A stretch of DNA of 63,003 nucleotides, filler included, from 6 parts of 6 records of this genome joined end to end with filler, not necessarily neighbours in it; one strand, 5' to 3'; positions 26,862 through 37,565 are shown, counted from the whole stretch's first letter. The notes: a model not told the origin generated them from the sequence alone. Translations and numbers: made by a program.

Positions 26862-28418
26862 GTGAGTAATGAATTAATTATCAATTCGACTCCCAAAGGT
26901 GACCGCATAGCTTTGTTGCAAGACAAGCGTATTGTGGAATACCACTTAGAGGAGTCTGAACCACACTTTTCAGTCGGAGATATTTATCTCGGGACGGTCA
27001 AGAAGATGGTAACGGGATTGAACGCTGCCTTTATTGATATTGGCTATGAGAAAGACGCCTTTCTTCATTATCATGACTTAGGTCCGAACGTCAATTCCTT
27101 AAACAAATTTACGAAAGAGGTTATCGCTGAAAGATTGCAGTCTGGACGATTAGATAACTTTAAGCTAGAACCTGAAATTGACAAGCACGATAAAATTGAT
27201 AAAGTATTAAGTAAAAATACGCCGATTTTAGTGCAAGTTGTAAAGGAACCTATCTCGACAAAAGGACCTCGTTTATCTTGTGATATTTCTATTGCAGGAC
27301 GTTACACAGTCTTAGTTCCTTTTTCGAATGGGGTGAATATCTCCAAAAAAATTACCGCAAAAGCCGAACGTCAGCGTTTACAACGTTTGATGTCTTCGAT
27401 CAAACCTGCGAATTTTGGAGTGATTGTAAGAACAGTAGCCGAAGGAAAAGAAGTAGAGGAATTGGATAAAGACCTCCGTGAATCCATCGCTAAATGGGAT
27501 GCTGGTATGAAAGCACTGAAAAGTGCGAAGCCACGTGACAAAATAATCGGTGAGATGAGTCGTGCAACATCAATGTTGCGAGATTTATTAAATGAAAATT
27601 TTGATAGCGTTGTTGTTGATACGCCCGAATTGTTTCAAGAAGCCCGCAATTATGTTTCGAATATTGCTCCTGAAAAGGAAAAAATTGTGAAACTTCATCA
27701 AGGTAAAAATAAAGTTTTTGAACAATTGGGTATCGAAAAACAACTGAAAATGTTGTTTGGTCGCTCAGTAAGTTTACCGCAAGGAGGCTATTTAATTGTA
27801 GAACATACAGAAGCTTTACACGTAATTGATGTAAACTCTGGAAATAAATCTAACAATGAGGATGGTCAAGAAGCGACGGCGCTGAGTGTAAACCGTGAAG
27901 CTGCTAAAGAGATTGCTCGCCAGTTAAGACTGCGAGATATGGGCGGAATTATCGTCATTGACTTCATTGATATGAAAAGACCTGAAAACAAGAAATTGAT
28001 TCAGGACATCATGAAAGAAGAAATGAAAACCGACCGTTCGAAATATACCATTTTGCCTTTGACGAAGTTTGGTTTAATGCAAATTACTCGTCAACGTGTT
28101 CGTCCTGAGATGAATGTAGTTACGGCAGAAAACTGCCCAACGTGTGGCGGAACAGGTAAAATCACAGCAAGTATTGCTATTTCGGATATTATCGAGCATC
28201 ATCTTGAACACATTCTTGAGAAGCAAAACGAAAAGAAACCAACAATTTTATTACATCCATTTTTACACGCATATTTTACAAAAGGTTTCCCTTCAATTCG
28301 TATGAAGTGGTTCTTTAAATATAAAACTTGGGTGAATTTAATTCAGGATACTTCCTTTGGAATTACAGATTTTAAATTTCTGAACGACCATAGCGAGCCA
28401 ATCGAATTAAATGGATAA
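26862..28418 (+). CDS. Rne/Rng family ribonuclease
   Basis: S1 domain; KEPISTKGPRL, VIDVNSG, LRDMGGIIVIDFIDM, CPTCGG. Confidence 0.96.
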   Translation: MSNELIINSTPKGDRIALLQDKRIVEYHLEESEPHFSVGDIYLGTVKKMVTGLNAAFIDIGYEKDAFLHYHDLGPNVNSLNKFTKEVIAERLQSGRLDNFKLEPEIDKHDKIDKVLSKNTPILVQVVKEPISTKGPRLSCDISIAGRYTVLVPFSNGVNISKKITAKAERQRLQRLMSSIKPANFGVIVRTVAEGKEVEELDKDLRESIAKWDAGMKALKSAKPRDKIIGEMSRATSMLRDLLNENFDSVVVDTPELFQEARNYVSNIAPEKEKIVKLHQGKNKVFEQLGIEKQLKMLFGRSVSLPQGGYLIVEHTEALHVIDVNSGNKSNNEDGQEATALSVNREAAKEIARQLRLRDMGGIIVIDFIDMKRPENKKLIQDIMKEEMKTDRSKYTILPLTKFGLMQITRQRVRPEMNVVTAENCPTCGGTGKITASIAISDIIEHHLEHILEKQNEKKPTILLHPFLHAYFTKGFPSIRMKWFFKYKTWVNLIQDTSFGITDFKFLNDHSEPIELNG

Positions 28419-28436
28419 AAGATAATTACTTGTACA

Positions 28437-28474
28437 ACAGCCTGATTTCTTCTTGATTTCAGGCTGTTTTTTTT
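28437..28474 (+). terminator. Intrinsic terminator of the RNase gene
   Basis: ACAGCCTGA ... TCAGGCTGT followed by a T-run. Confidence 0.8.
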
Positions 28475-28477
28475 GCC

Positions 28478-28485
28478 TATATTTG
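28478..28485 (+). promoter_or_regulatory. -7 promoter element for mcrBC
   Basis: TATATTTG (TAnnTTTG) 18 nt before the ATG at 28504. Confidence 0.5.
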
Positions 28486-28503
28486 TGTAAATATTATTCT
28501 GAA

Positions 28504-29835
28504 ATGCCTCAAAAAAACGCTAGAAATTATTGGTGGTTAAATATTAATCCACGCCTTTGGTCGATAGACTCGTTCAAGCTTGGACAAGTACAGTCTTATA
28601 CTTCCCACAATGAATTTGACCATAAACGTAGAATCTATAAATATTTCGAAACGGTAAAAAAAGGCGATTTAGTGATTGGTTATGAATCTACGCCAGTAAA
28701 ACAAATCAAAGCTATTTTTGAAATCACCGAAGCACTTCATTTCGACCCTTATCATGGTGAAATTATTTCCTTTAAAATGAAGGAGAAAGTTCCTGAACCG
28801 ATTGACTGGATTGAACTAAAATCTATTCAATTTTTTAAAGATTCAGAAGTATTAAAAAACAATCAAGGAAGTTTATTCAAAATTACAGAAGATGAATTTG
28901 AAGCAATTCAGGCGATGATTGATGCCCAGAAAGAAGCAATGATTAGCGAAGATGTGTTGATTCCTTATGAAAAGAAAGATGCTTTAGTCGATTTATTTAT
29001 GGATGAAGAGCAGTTTGAGGAAATACTTGAAACGCTGAAATACAAGAAAAACATCATACTTCAAGGTCCTCCGGGCGTGGGCAAAACTTTTATCGCCAAG
29101 CGTTTGGCTTATACTTTGGTCGGAACGCAAGATGATTCCAGAATAAAAATGGTACAGTTTCATCAGTCGTACTCTTACGAAGATTTTATTCAAGGTTTAA
29201 GACCTGATGGTGACGGAGGTTTTAAACTAAAAAATGGCGTATTTTATGAGTTTTGTCGCCAAGCACAGCGCAATGCTGGTATCGACCATTTCTTTATTAT
29301 TGATGAAATAAATCGTGGAAATTTGAGTAAAATTTTTGGTGAATTATTACTCTTGATTGAGTCTGACAAGCGTGGAAGAGTGAATGAAATGCCTTTAACC
29401 TATGGTGATAAAGATTCTGAGCCTTTTTATGTACCAGAGAATTTGTACATCATCGGCACGATGAATACTGCCGACCGCTCTTTGGCAATGATTGATTATG
29501 CTTTACGCCGACGCTTCGCTTTTATTACTTTAGAACCTCTTTTCAATCAAAAGTTTGAGACATATTTGGTTCAAAAAGGAGTAGAGAAAAGCTTTGCAGA
29601 AAGACTAAGTAAAGCAATTACTCAGCTAAATCAAGTGATTTCGAATGACAAAAACCTGCAAAAAGGTTTTCAGATTGGACATAGTTATTTTGCAACTTTT
29701 GCTAACGAAGAAGATACTCGAAAATGGTATCGTAGGATTGTAAACCTAGAAATCGCTCCGCTTTTAGAAGAATATTGGTTTGATAATGAGGAGAAAGTAA
29801 GAACTGAAATTAAGAAATTACTTGAGATTTTTTAG
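28504..29835 (+). CDS. mcrB: McrB family AAA+ GTPase with N-terminal EVE-like domain
   Basis: GPPGVGKT, QFHQSYSYEDF, IDEINRGN, MNTADRS signature; N-terminal NYWWL...VKKGDLVIGYES. Confidence 0.92.
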   Translation: MPQKNARNYWWLNINPRLWSIDSFKLGQVQSYTSHNEFDHKRRIYKYFETVKKGDLVIGYESTPVKQIKAIFEITEALHFDPYHGEIISFKMKEKVPEPIDWIELKSIQFFKDSEVLKNNQGSLFKITEDEFEAIQAMIDAQKEAMISEDVLIPYEKKDALVDLFMDEEQFEEILETLKYKKNIILQGPPGVGKTFIAKRLAYTLVGTQDDSRIKMVQFHQSYSYEDFIQGLRPDGDGGFKLKNGVFYEFCRQAQRNAGIDHFFIIDEINRGNLSKIFGELLLLIESDKRGRVNEMPLTYGDKDSEPFYVPENLYIIGTMNTADRSLAMIDYALRRRFAFITLEPLFNQKFETYLVQKGVEKSFAERLSKAITQLNQVISNDKNLQKGFQIGHSYFATFANEEDTRKWYRRIVNLEIAPLLEEYWFDNEEKVRTEIKKLLEIF

Positions 29836-29919
29836 CTTTAGGCTTTAAGCAATAAGCTTGAGTTTTTTATTTTTTAGTAAAAATACTCCTCACTCCGCAT
29901 TCAAAACTCCACACTCAAA

Positions 29920-30969
29920 ATGATTCCTATTGAAAATATATATTATTTACTCTGCTACGCTTGGAATCGGCTGGAAGAAAAAGAGTTGATAAATGTTTCT
30001 ACCATTGAAGTACCAGATTTACCTAATTTATTAGCTAAAGTACTTTTAAAAGGCATGAAAGTCTTGATAAATCGTGGGCTGGATAAACAATATATTGCCG
30101 AACAAAATCTTTATCAAGGCATTAAAGGAAGAGTAGATTTTAATTATTCTCTTCGTAAAAATCTTTTTCAACAAGGTTTGGCAATGTGCGAGTTTGATGA
30201 ACTATCAGTAAATATTTTACCCAATCAAATTTTAAAAACTTCATTACAGAATGTTATAAAACTACCAACGCTTGATAGAAAATTGAAAAGAGATATTCAG
30301 GCAGTTTTGTACCAATTAACGGATATTGATGCAATTGAAATTAGGAACGATACTTTTGCCAATGTTCAGATTCACCGTAATAATCAGTATTATCTTTTTC
30401 TATTGAATATTTGTGAATTGTTGCATCAAAACCTATCCATTCATGAAAAAACGGGAGAAGTAAAATTCAAAGATTTTTTGCGAGATGAACGCCAAATGGC
30501 TAGACTTTTTGAAGAATTTGTACGTAATTTTTATAAAATAGAAGTACCAGAAGCAAAGGTTTTTCGAGAAGATTTACATTGGCAATTTACTGGAGAACAA
30601 ATGCAGTTTTTACCCAAAATGCAAACGGATATTTCAATCAAATTACCTTCAAATCGGAAGATTATTATTGATGCAAAGTATTATTCAGAAACACTTCAGC
30701 ATTTTTATGATGCTGAGAAAATACATTCTCGGAATTTATATCAAATGTTTGCCTACTTGAAAAATCAGCCTAATCAACAAGCGGAAGGAATTTTGTTGTA
30801 CCCAACTGTCCAGAAAAGTTTGAGCCTAACTTATACTTATGAAGAACATCGAATCAGGGTCGAAACGTTGAATCTCAATCAACCGTGGATAGAAATCAAA
30901 AGAGATTTACTGTTGATATTAGATAGAAAATCCAGCGAGTTGGAAACACATTCTACTGAAAATATTTAA
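29920..30969 (+). CDS. mcrC: McrC family restriction endonuclease subunit
   Basis: MIPIENIYYLLCYAW, LFEEFVRNFY, MQTDI...IIDAKYY, LYQMFAYL, GILLYP. Confidence 0.93.
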   Translation: MIPIENIYYLLCYAWNRLEEKELINVSTIEVPDLPNLLAKVLLKGMKVLINRGLDKQYIAEQNLYQGIKGRVDFNYSLRKNLFQQGLAMCEFDELSVNILPNQILKTSLQNVIKLPTLDRKLKRDIQAVLYQLTDIDAIEIRNDTFANVQIHRNNQYYLFLLNICELLHQNLSIHEKTGEVKFKDFLRDERQMARLFEEFVRNFYKIEVPEAKVFREDLHWQFTGEQMQFLPKMQTDISIKLPSNRKIIIDAKYYSETLQHFYDAEKIHSRNLYQMFAYLKNQPNQQAEGILLYPTVQKSLSLTYTYEEHRIRVETLNLNQPWIEIKRDLLLILDRKSSELETHSTENI

Positions 30970-31475
30970 AAATCAATTGTGAAAATCTTCGTTTTTGCAT
31001 TGAAAATAAAAGACTTCTTTTCTTCTTTTACGAAGATATTCACGATGTTAGTTTGGTCTTCAAACATATCAATGAGTACATCATTTTTTAATCTTAGTCC
31101 TGAAAGTGCTTCGTTCATCGGCAATTCCAAGTAAATCCAAGTTGCGTCTCCTTCTTTTTCTTTTCCTATGTATTGAATGGCTTTGAGTTGATTCTTAGCA
31201 TTAACCAACATAAAGTGTTTTTTCACATATTGCTCTACCAAAGCATCGTTTTTGTCGTTGTTTTCAACAATAATTTTCTTGTTCTGATTATCGTGCGAAA
31301 GTACTTTTTCTAAATCATCTGTAAATACTCTTACACTTACTTCAAATCCTTTACTTTTAGCATTATAGCGCATTTCGGTAAGGCTGGTATGAAATGCGTG
31401 CAAAGTATTACTTAGTTTGAAACTACTTGAAAGAATGATGATTCCTAAAAGTAAAAACCTGCCAAGATTGTTCAT
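30966..31475 (-). CDS. DUF6702-like secreted protein
   Basis: Signal peptide then HAFHTSLTEM...RVFTDDLE...QTNIV; start uncertain (31475 or 31517). Confidence 0.75.
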   Translation of the reverse strand: MNNLGRFLLLGIIILSSSFKLSNTLHAFHTSLTEMRYNAKSKGFEVSVRVFTDDLEKVLSHDNQNKKIIVENNDKNDALVEQYVKKHFMLVNAKNQLKAIQYIGKEKEGDATWIYLELPMNEALSGLRLKNDVLIDMFEDQTNIVNIFVKEEKKSFIFNAKTKIFTIDF

Positions 31476-31517
31476 CTTGACAGGTTTTAAAATATTGTTA
31501 TTTTTGATAGCCATCAT

Positions 31518-32906
31518 TTATTTAAAAAATGCTTTGAATGCTCCGTTTCCTAGTACAAAAACCATTAAGGCTAACAAGATTACTGTTCCTACTTGTTGCG
31601 CTCTTTCTAATACTTTTTCCGATGGTGGGCGACCAGTGATGATTTCATACAATAAGAACAAAGCATGACCACCGTCAAGCGCAGGAATTGGCAATAAATT
31701 CATAAATGCCAAAGCCATTGAAAGTAAACCTGTAAGTGTCCAGAAATTTAACCAATCCCAGTGAGCACCGTACATTTCAGCAATTTCAAAAGGTCCGCTC
31801 AAGGCTTTATCGGCACGAACATCGCCTGCAAAAATCTTTTTGAAACCTTTAACATTTTTCACCACTACATCAAAAGCGTCTGTTGCACCCATTACAAAGG
31901 CTTGGCCGATGGTATAATCTTCGTGTGAGAATTTGATTATGCGTTCTGCTGCAAAGCCTAATTTACCTTCTTTGGTAACGGTCATGTTGATGGTATCTAC
32001 TTTTCCTTGTCTTTCAATACCAAAAGCAACGTTTTTTCCAGCATATTTTGTTAAGCTATCTTTTAATAATTGATAGAAAACAACTGGATGTCCATTCATA
32101 CTTACTATTTTATCACCCGCTTTCAAGCCGACTTTGTAGGCAGGTAAGTCTTCTGGTGCAGACTTACCAAAAAGTTTACTTAATAAAGAAGGCTTTTTAG
32201 GTTCTGTTACTTGTGCAATTTTGAATGGATATAATGGTTGAATGAATTGGTCTTTTTGGTCAGATAATTTATTCAAGAAATCAGAAGGAATTACTACTTC
32301 GATGGTTTTTCCAGCACGTTCTACAGTGTAAGAAACATCATCGTCGAGAATTGCACCACCGATTTCGCTATATTCTTTGAAATCTTTTCCGTTTACTTTC
32401 AATACTTTATCGCCAGTTTTAAAACCAACTTCTTGTGCCAAACTACCAGCATAAATACCATTTTTGTTCAGTTCGTCTTTAGCGATATAATTATTTCCAG
32501 TTTTGTAATTGATACCGAAGTAGATAGCAACTCCCAAAATTACGTTGACAATAATTCCACCAAGCATTACAATTAAACGTTGCCAAGCTGGTTTTCCACG
32601 GAATTCCCAAGGTTCAGGAATGGCAGATAATTTTGAGGCATCTTGTGTTTCGTCAATCATTCCGGCAATAGAAACATAGCCACCTAATGGAAACCATCCT
32701 AAACCATATTCTGTATCACCGATTTTCTTTTTGAATAAAGCAAAGTTTAAAACAGTAGGTACTGGAAACAAAAAGTCGAAGAAAAGATAGAATTTATCAA
32801 CACGCATTTTGAACCACTTTGCAGTAATATAATGCCCAAATTCATGTAAACTTACTAAAATTGACAGTCCTAAAATTAACTGCCCCGCCATAACTAAACC
32901 GTCCAT
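31518..32906 (-). CDS. rseP: RIP metalloprotease RseP
   Basis: HEFGH, PLGGYV, two PDZ regions, NLLPIPALDGGH; downstream of dxr. Confidence 0.96.
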   Translation of the reverse strand: MDGLVMAGQLILGLSILVSLHEFGHYITAKWFKMRVDKFYLFFDFLFPVPTVLNFALFKKKIGDTEYGLGWFPLGGYVSIAGMIDETQDASKLSAIPEPWEFRGKPAWQRLIVMLGGIIVNVILGVAIYFGINYKTGNNYIAKDELNKNGIYAGSLAQEVGFKTGDKVLKVNGKDFKEYSEIGGAILDDDVSYTVERAGKTIEVVIPSDFLNKLSDQKDQFIQPLYPFKIAQVTEPKKPSLLSKLFGKSAPEDLPAYKVGLKAGDKIVSMNGHPVVFYQLLKDSLTKYAGKNVAFGIERQGKVDTINMTVTKEGKLGFAAERIIKFSHEDYTIGQAFVMGATDAFDVVVKNVKGFKKIFAGDVRADKALSGPFEIAEMYGAHWDWLNFWTLTGLLSMALAFMNLLPIPALDGGHALFLLYEIITGRPPSEKVLERAQQVGTVILLALMVFVLGNGAFKAFFK

Positions 32907-32984
32907 TTGTTAAGTGTTATCTCGTAAAATCAAATTTATTTACGATTTGTGTTCTAAGATTTTTTTACTGATTAAATATTGAAA

Positions 32985-34136
32985 TTAAACTAGCGTTTGG
33001 GCTAATTTTCTTGTTGCTTGGTCTGTCTGAATATAATCATCAATACTTGGCTTTTGAATAAAATCCACTTTCCTCATGCAGTTTTCGATGAGGTCTGACA
33101 TCTCTAAAAACCCAATTTTGTCTTGTAAAAAGGCTTCAACAGCAATTTCATTGGCTGCATTCATGATACAAGGAAGGTTTCCACCTTTGTCCATTGCCTC
33201 AAAAGCTAATTGCAAGTTACGAAATGTTTCGGTATCAGGTTGTTCAAATGTTAGAGAAGGATATTTTGTGAAGTCGAAACGTGGAAAATCTGATTTTATT
33301 CTATTCGGAAATCCCAAAGCAAATTGAATAGGAAGCTTCATATCAGGCAAACCCATTTGTGCTTTCATAGAACCATCTTCAAACTGAACCAAAGAATGAA
33401 TGATTGATTGCGGATGAACAACAACTTCAATTTGCGAAGCTTTCAATCCAAATAACCATTTTGCTTCAATTACTTCTAGTCCTTTATTCATCAAACTGGC
33501 AGAATCAATCGTGATTTTAGCACCCATTACCCAATTTGGATGTTTTAGTGCCTGAACTTTGGTTACTTTTGCCAAATCTTCACGTTTTTTCCCTCTGAAC
33601 GGACCACCTGAAGCTGTTAAAATTATTTTTTCGATTGGGTTATGAAATTCTCCAACCAAGCACTGAAAAATAGCAGAATGTTCGGAATCTACAGGGAAAA
33701 TATTTACTCCTTTTTCTTCGGCAAGTTTAGTAATTAATTCTCCAGCAACAACTAAAGTTTCTTTATTGGCAAGGGCAATATGTTTACCAGCTTCAATGGC
33801 TTTGATAGTAGGCAATAAACCTGAATAACCAACCATCGAAGTAAGAACGATGTCAATAGAATCCATTTGAACAACAGATTCCAAGGCTTTTGCACCAGCA
33901 TAAACTTTTATTCCTGCGTTATCTAATGCTGAATGTACTTTATCGTATAAATCATCATTGCCAATAACAACACAATTTGGTTTGAACGTTAAACTTTGTT
34001 CAATTAATAAATCGGCATTGTTTTGGGCTGTTAATACTTCTACTTCGAAGATGTCTTCGTTGGCTTTTATTACTTCTAAGGCTTGTGTTCCGATCGAACC
34101 CGTTGAGCCTAAAATGGCAATTTTTCTTTTTTGCAT
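32985..34136 (-). CDS. dxr: 1-deoxy-D-xylulose 5-phosphate reductoisomerase
   Basis: LGSTGSIG, LANKE, PVDSEHSA, TASGGPF, KITIDSA. Confidence 0.98.
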   Translation of the reverse strand: MQKRKIAILGSTGSIGTQALEVIKANEDIFEVEVLTAQNNADLLIEQSLTFKPNCVVIGNDDLYDKVHSALDNAGIKVYAGAKALESVVQMDSIDIVLTSMVGYSGLLPTIKAIEAGKHIALANKETLVVAGELITKLAEEKGVNIFPVDSEHSAIFQCLVGEFHNPIEKIILTASGGPFRGKKREDLAKVTKVQALKHPNWVMGAKITIDSASLMNKGLEVIEAKWLFGLKASQIEVVVHPQSIIHSLVQFEDGSMKAQMGLPDMKLPIQFALGFPNRIKSDFPRFDFTKYPSLTFEQPDTETFRNLQLAFEAMDKGGNLPCIMNAANEIAVEAFLQDKIGFLEMSDLIENCMRKVDFIQKPSIDDYIQTDQATRKLAQTLV

Positions 34137-34308
34137 AAATGATATTAGCCTTGAGCAATTAGTTGCAAGCTATGAGTCTTATTATCAGACGGTTTGCAAA
34201 TTAGATTGTTGGTAAAATCTAATTTTTCTCAAAACTTATTCTTGAAATTATCAGTAAGAAGTTTTAAGCGGGTTAATTGTCTTTTACGATTAGATTAATG
34301 ATATAAAA

Positions 34309-34926
34309 TTAAAGAGCCCAACCCAGAATTTGGCTAATAAAGTGCGAAAATAACGAAGGTTTTAGGAGCAATGTAAAAGCAATTCCAAAAGCAGCTCCAT
34401 AAAGGTGAGCAGCATGCCCAATATTATCTAAATTTCGTTTCGACATATAGTATGAGTACGCCGAATACAAAATAGCATAAATAAAACCTGGCATTGGAAA
34501 GAAATATACATAAATCTGAGCCGTCGGTTGGAAAAGAATTGCTGAAAACACAACTGCCGAAACACCACCAGAAGCACCCAGTGCATTATAATAGCGGTCG
34601 TTTTTATGGTCTGCATAACTTGGCACATTCGCAAAAATAATACCTAGTAAGTAAAGAGCAGCATAAAGCAATGAACCAATATCTGAGCCGAAAATTTCTG
34701 AAAAATAATATTCTACAATATCTCCGAAAAAATACAAACTCAGCATGTTGAAAAATAAATGTCCATAATCAGCATGTAAAAAACCAGAAGTTAAGAAACG
34801 ATAGTATTCTCTGTATTCTTTTACTGAATATGGATGCATAATCCACTTATTCAAAACCGTTTGATTATTCCAAGCATAAAGGCTTAGTGCAATCGTAATT
34901 CCAATAAAAATGAAAGTTAATGACAT
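34309..34926 (-). CDS. Rhomboid family intramembrane serine protease
   Basis: HLFFNM, GASGG, AHLYG. Confidence 0.93.
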   Translation of the reverse strand: MSLTFIFIGITIALSLYAWNNQTVLNKWIMHPYSVKEYREYYRFLTSGFLHADYGHLFFNMLSLYFFGDIVEYYFSEIFGSDIGSLLYAALYLLGIIFANVPSYADHKNDRYYNALGASGGVSAVVFSAILFQPTAQIYVYFFPMPGFIYAILYSAYSYYMSKRNLDNIGHAAHLYGAAFGIAFTLLLKPSLFSHFISQILGWAL

Positions 34927-35049
34927 ATTATTTTTTTAGAATATCTGTGGAAAAGAATTTGAATGAAACGACAAATTCTCAATTTTTATAAAACAAAAAC
35001 AGCCGAAACAATTGGTTCGACTGCCAGTATCTTTCATTACAAATTTACG

Positions 35050-36021
35050 TTAAACCTCTCTATCAATCAAAGTTTCAGCAAATGTTCGTAGAATAAGCTT
35101 TCTGTCTTCATCTACTTTTAGCGAATCTAGCGCTTCAAAAGCTTTATCGAAGTAAGTATTAATTTTTATCGTTGCTACTTCACGAATACCTAAAGTATCA
35201 TAAATGGCTGTAACTGCTTTTACTTTTTCGGTAGCGTCAAATTCTTTCAGAGAAAGCCATTTGTCTAAAGCTAATTTGGTTTCACCTTCGGCTTTTTCCA
35301 AAGCTTCTATCAACATAAAAGTTTTTTTATTCGAAATAATGTCGCCACCTACTTGTTTCCCGAATTTCTCAGGGTCTCCATAAACGTCTAATAAATCATC
35401 TTTTAATTGGAAACCTAAACCAATATTTAGACCAATGTTATAAAGTAAATCACACGATTTTTCGCTTGCTCCACCAATAATTCCACCTAATTCTAAGGCG
35501 TAGCCCAAAAGTACTGAGGTTTTTAATTTAATCATTTCAAGATATTCTTCTTCGCTAACGTTTTCACGATTTTCGAAATTCATATCTAATTGCTGTCCTT
35601 CACAAACTTCTGCTGCAGTACGATTAAATCTTTTTAAAGCTTTTTTAAATTTAGCATCTTCTACAAACATCAATAATTCGTAAGCTTGCACTAGCATTAC
35701 ATCGCCCGAAAGAATGGCAGTATTATCATTCCATTTGGCATGAACTGTCGGTTTGCCACGACGCAAGGGCGCTTTGTCCATGATGTCATCGTGCATTAAA
35801 GTGAAATTATGGAAAACTTCTACCGCAGTAGCCGGTTTAATTGCTTTTTGCCAATCGTCTGTGAATAAGGCTGTTGCCATTAAAGTCATTAATGGTCTCA
35901 TCCTTTTACCACCCAAAGACATTAAATAGCGGATGGGCTCATATAATTCTTCGGGATGTTCACCGTAAGTTTGCTGGGAAAATTCTTCGTTGAGAGCTTG
36001 TACGAATTGTGTAAGTTTCAT
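35050..36021 (-). CDS. Polyprenyl diphosphate synthase
   Basis: GGKRMRP, HDDIMD, RRG, GQQLD, FQLKDDLLD. Confidence 0.95.
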   Translation of the reverse strand: MKLTQFVQALNEEFSQQTYGEHPEELYEPIRYLMSLGGKRMRPLMTLMATALFTDDWQKAIKPATAVEVFHNFTLMHDDIMDKAPLRRGKPTVHAKWNDNTAILSGDVMLVQAYELLMFVEDAKFKKALKRFNRTAAEVCEGQQLDMNFENRENVSEEEYLEMIKLKTSVLLGYALELGGIIGGASEKSCDLLYNIGLNIGLGFQLKDDLLDVYGDPEKFGKQVGGDIISNKKTFMLIEALEKAEGETKLALDKWLSLKEFDATEKVKAVTAIYDTLGIREVATIKINTYFDKAFEALDSLKVDEDRKLILRTFAETLIDREV

Positions 36022-36171
36022 TTAATAATTGATAGTTTCTCTTTGAGAGTAACGCACTCCATGTTAGAAATGTTATGAATTGTCAAAAATAGAAAGAAGA
36101 ATTTAAACTCTCACTCGTTTCAGATTTATTTTGGCTAACTTTGCAAAACCTCTAAACGAGGTCTATATTAT

Positions 36172-36987
36172 ATGCTCAACCATCAGCTCAAACTCCGTAA
36201 ACCACTTGCCGTTTTTGATTTAGAAACGACAGGTGTAAATGTTGTCAAAGATCGCATTGTAGAAATCAGTATTGCTAAAGCTAATATTGATGGCACTGTG
36301 ACAGTAAAAACCCGTCGTGTAAATCCTGAAATGCCGATTCCACTCGAATCGTCACTTGTACATGGTATTTATGATGAAGATGTTGCGAATGAACCCACCT
36401 TCAGACAAATAGCTAAGTCGATGGCTCAGTTTTTAGAAGGTTGCGATTTGGCAGGTTTTAATTCTAATCGTTTCGATGTTCCGATTTTAGTAGAAGAATT
36501 TTTAAGAAACGAAGTAGATTTTGATATTAAGAATCGTCGATTAATAGATGCACAACGTATTTTCCATTTGATGGAACCTCGTACTTTGTCGGCTGCTTAT
36601 AAATTTTATTGCAAGAAAGAATTAATTGATGCCCATTCGGCAGAAGCAGATACGATTGCTACTTTAGAAGTACTGAATGAACAAGTGAAGTATTATGAAG
36701 GAGTAAAAATTAAAGACAGCAATGGCGTAGAATTTGAGCCTGTAAAAAACGACATGGATGCTTTGCATGAAATCACAGCGTCTAAATTGGTTGACTTTGC
36801 TCAAAGAATGGCATTTAATAAAGAAGGAATCGAAGTAATCAATTTTGGTAAACACGCAGGCAAGCCAGTTGTTCAAGTATTAAAGGAAGAACCTTCTTAT
36901 TATGATTGGATGATGAAGGGCGATTTCCCGATGGATACCAAAAGAAAACTCACAGAAATAAAGTTAAGAGCTTTCAATAACAAGTAA
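36172..36987 (+). CDS. DEDDh 3'-5' exonuclease (DnaQ-like)
   Basis: FDLETTG, FDVP, AHSAEAD; C-terminal FGKH motif. Confidence 0.92.
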   Translation: MLNHQLKLRKPLAVFDLETTGVNVVKDRIVEISIAKANIDGTVTVKTRRVNPEMPIPLESSLVHGIYDEDVANEPTFRQIAKSMAQFLEGCDLAGFNSNRFDVPILVEEFLRNEVDFDIKNRRLIDAQRIFHLMEPRTLSAAYKFYCKKELIDAHSAEADTIATLEVLNEQVKYYEGVKIKDSNGVEFEPVKNDMDALHEITASKLVDFAQRMAFNKEGIEVINFGKHAGKPVVQVLKEEPSYYDWMMKGDFPMDTKRKLTEIKLRAFNNK

Positions 36988-37180
36988 ATTAGCATAAGAC
37001 AAAGGTCAGGTCAGAATAAACCTACACTTTTGTCTTATGTTTTTATGCTTTTATCAGTTTTTCCTTAATTTTGCTGATAAGTTTTCATTATTACTTTGTC
37101 TGTAAATAAACAAATAGGTCTTTTTGATTTAGCAAAACAAGTTTCGTTTTAATAAGTTCTCAAGCAGAAACGCAATACTC

Positions 37181-37510
37181 ATGCAACAAATACCTGATGT
37201 CATCCGAGAAATACCCTTGAACTATTATGTCTGGTTCAGTGCCGCATTATTTTGTATCGGAATTATTGGCGTATTAACACGCCGCAATGCAATCATCATC
37301 TTCATGTCGGTAGAATTAATGCTCAATTCAGTAAATTTATTACTGGTAGCATTTTCTTCTTACAAAGCAGACCCCGCTGGGCAAATCTTTGTGTTTTTTA
37401 TCATGGCAGTAGCAGCGGCAGAAGTAGCAGTTGGGCTTGCCATTATTGTGATGATTTACAGAAATATCCAGACAATTGATGTTGGTTTGTTGAATAAATT
37501 GAAATGGTAA
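37181..37510 (+). CDS. nuoK: NADH-quinone oxidoreductase subunit K
   Basis: [27 protein letters not shown]. Confidence 0.97.
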   Translation: MQQIPDVIREIPLNYYVWFSAALFCIGIIGVLTRRNAIIIFMSVELMLNSVNLLLVAFSSYKADPAGQIFVFFIMAVAAAEVAVGLAIIVMIYRNIQTIDVGLLNKLKW

Positions 37511-37565
37511 TCTTCCAATTTAAAACATTATCATCTTCAACTTAGAAAACTTTCAAATTAGAATT

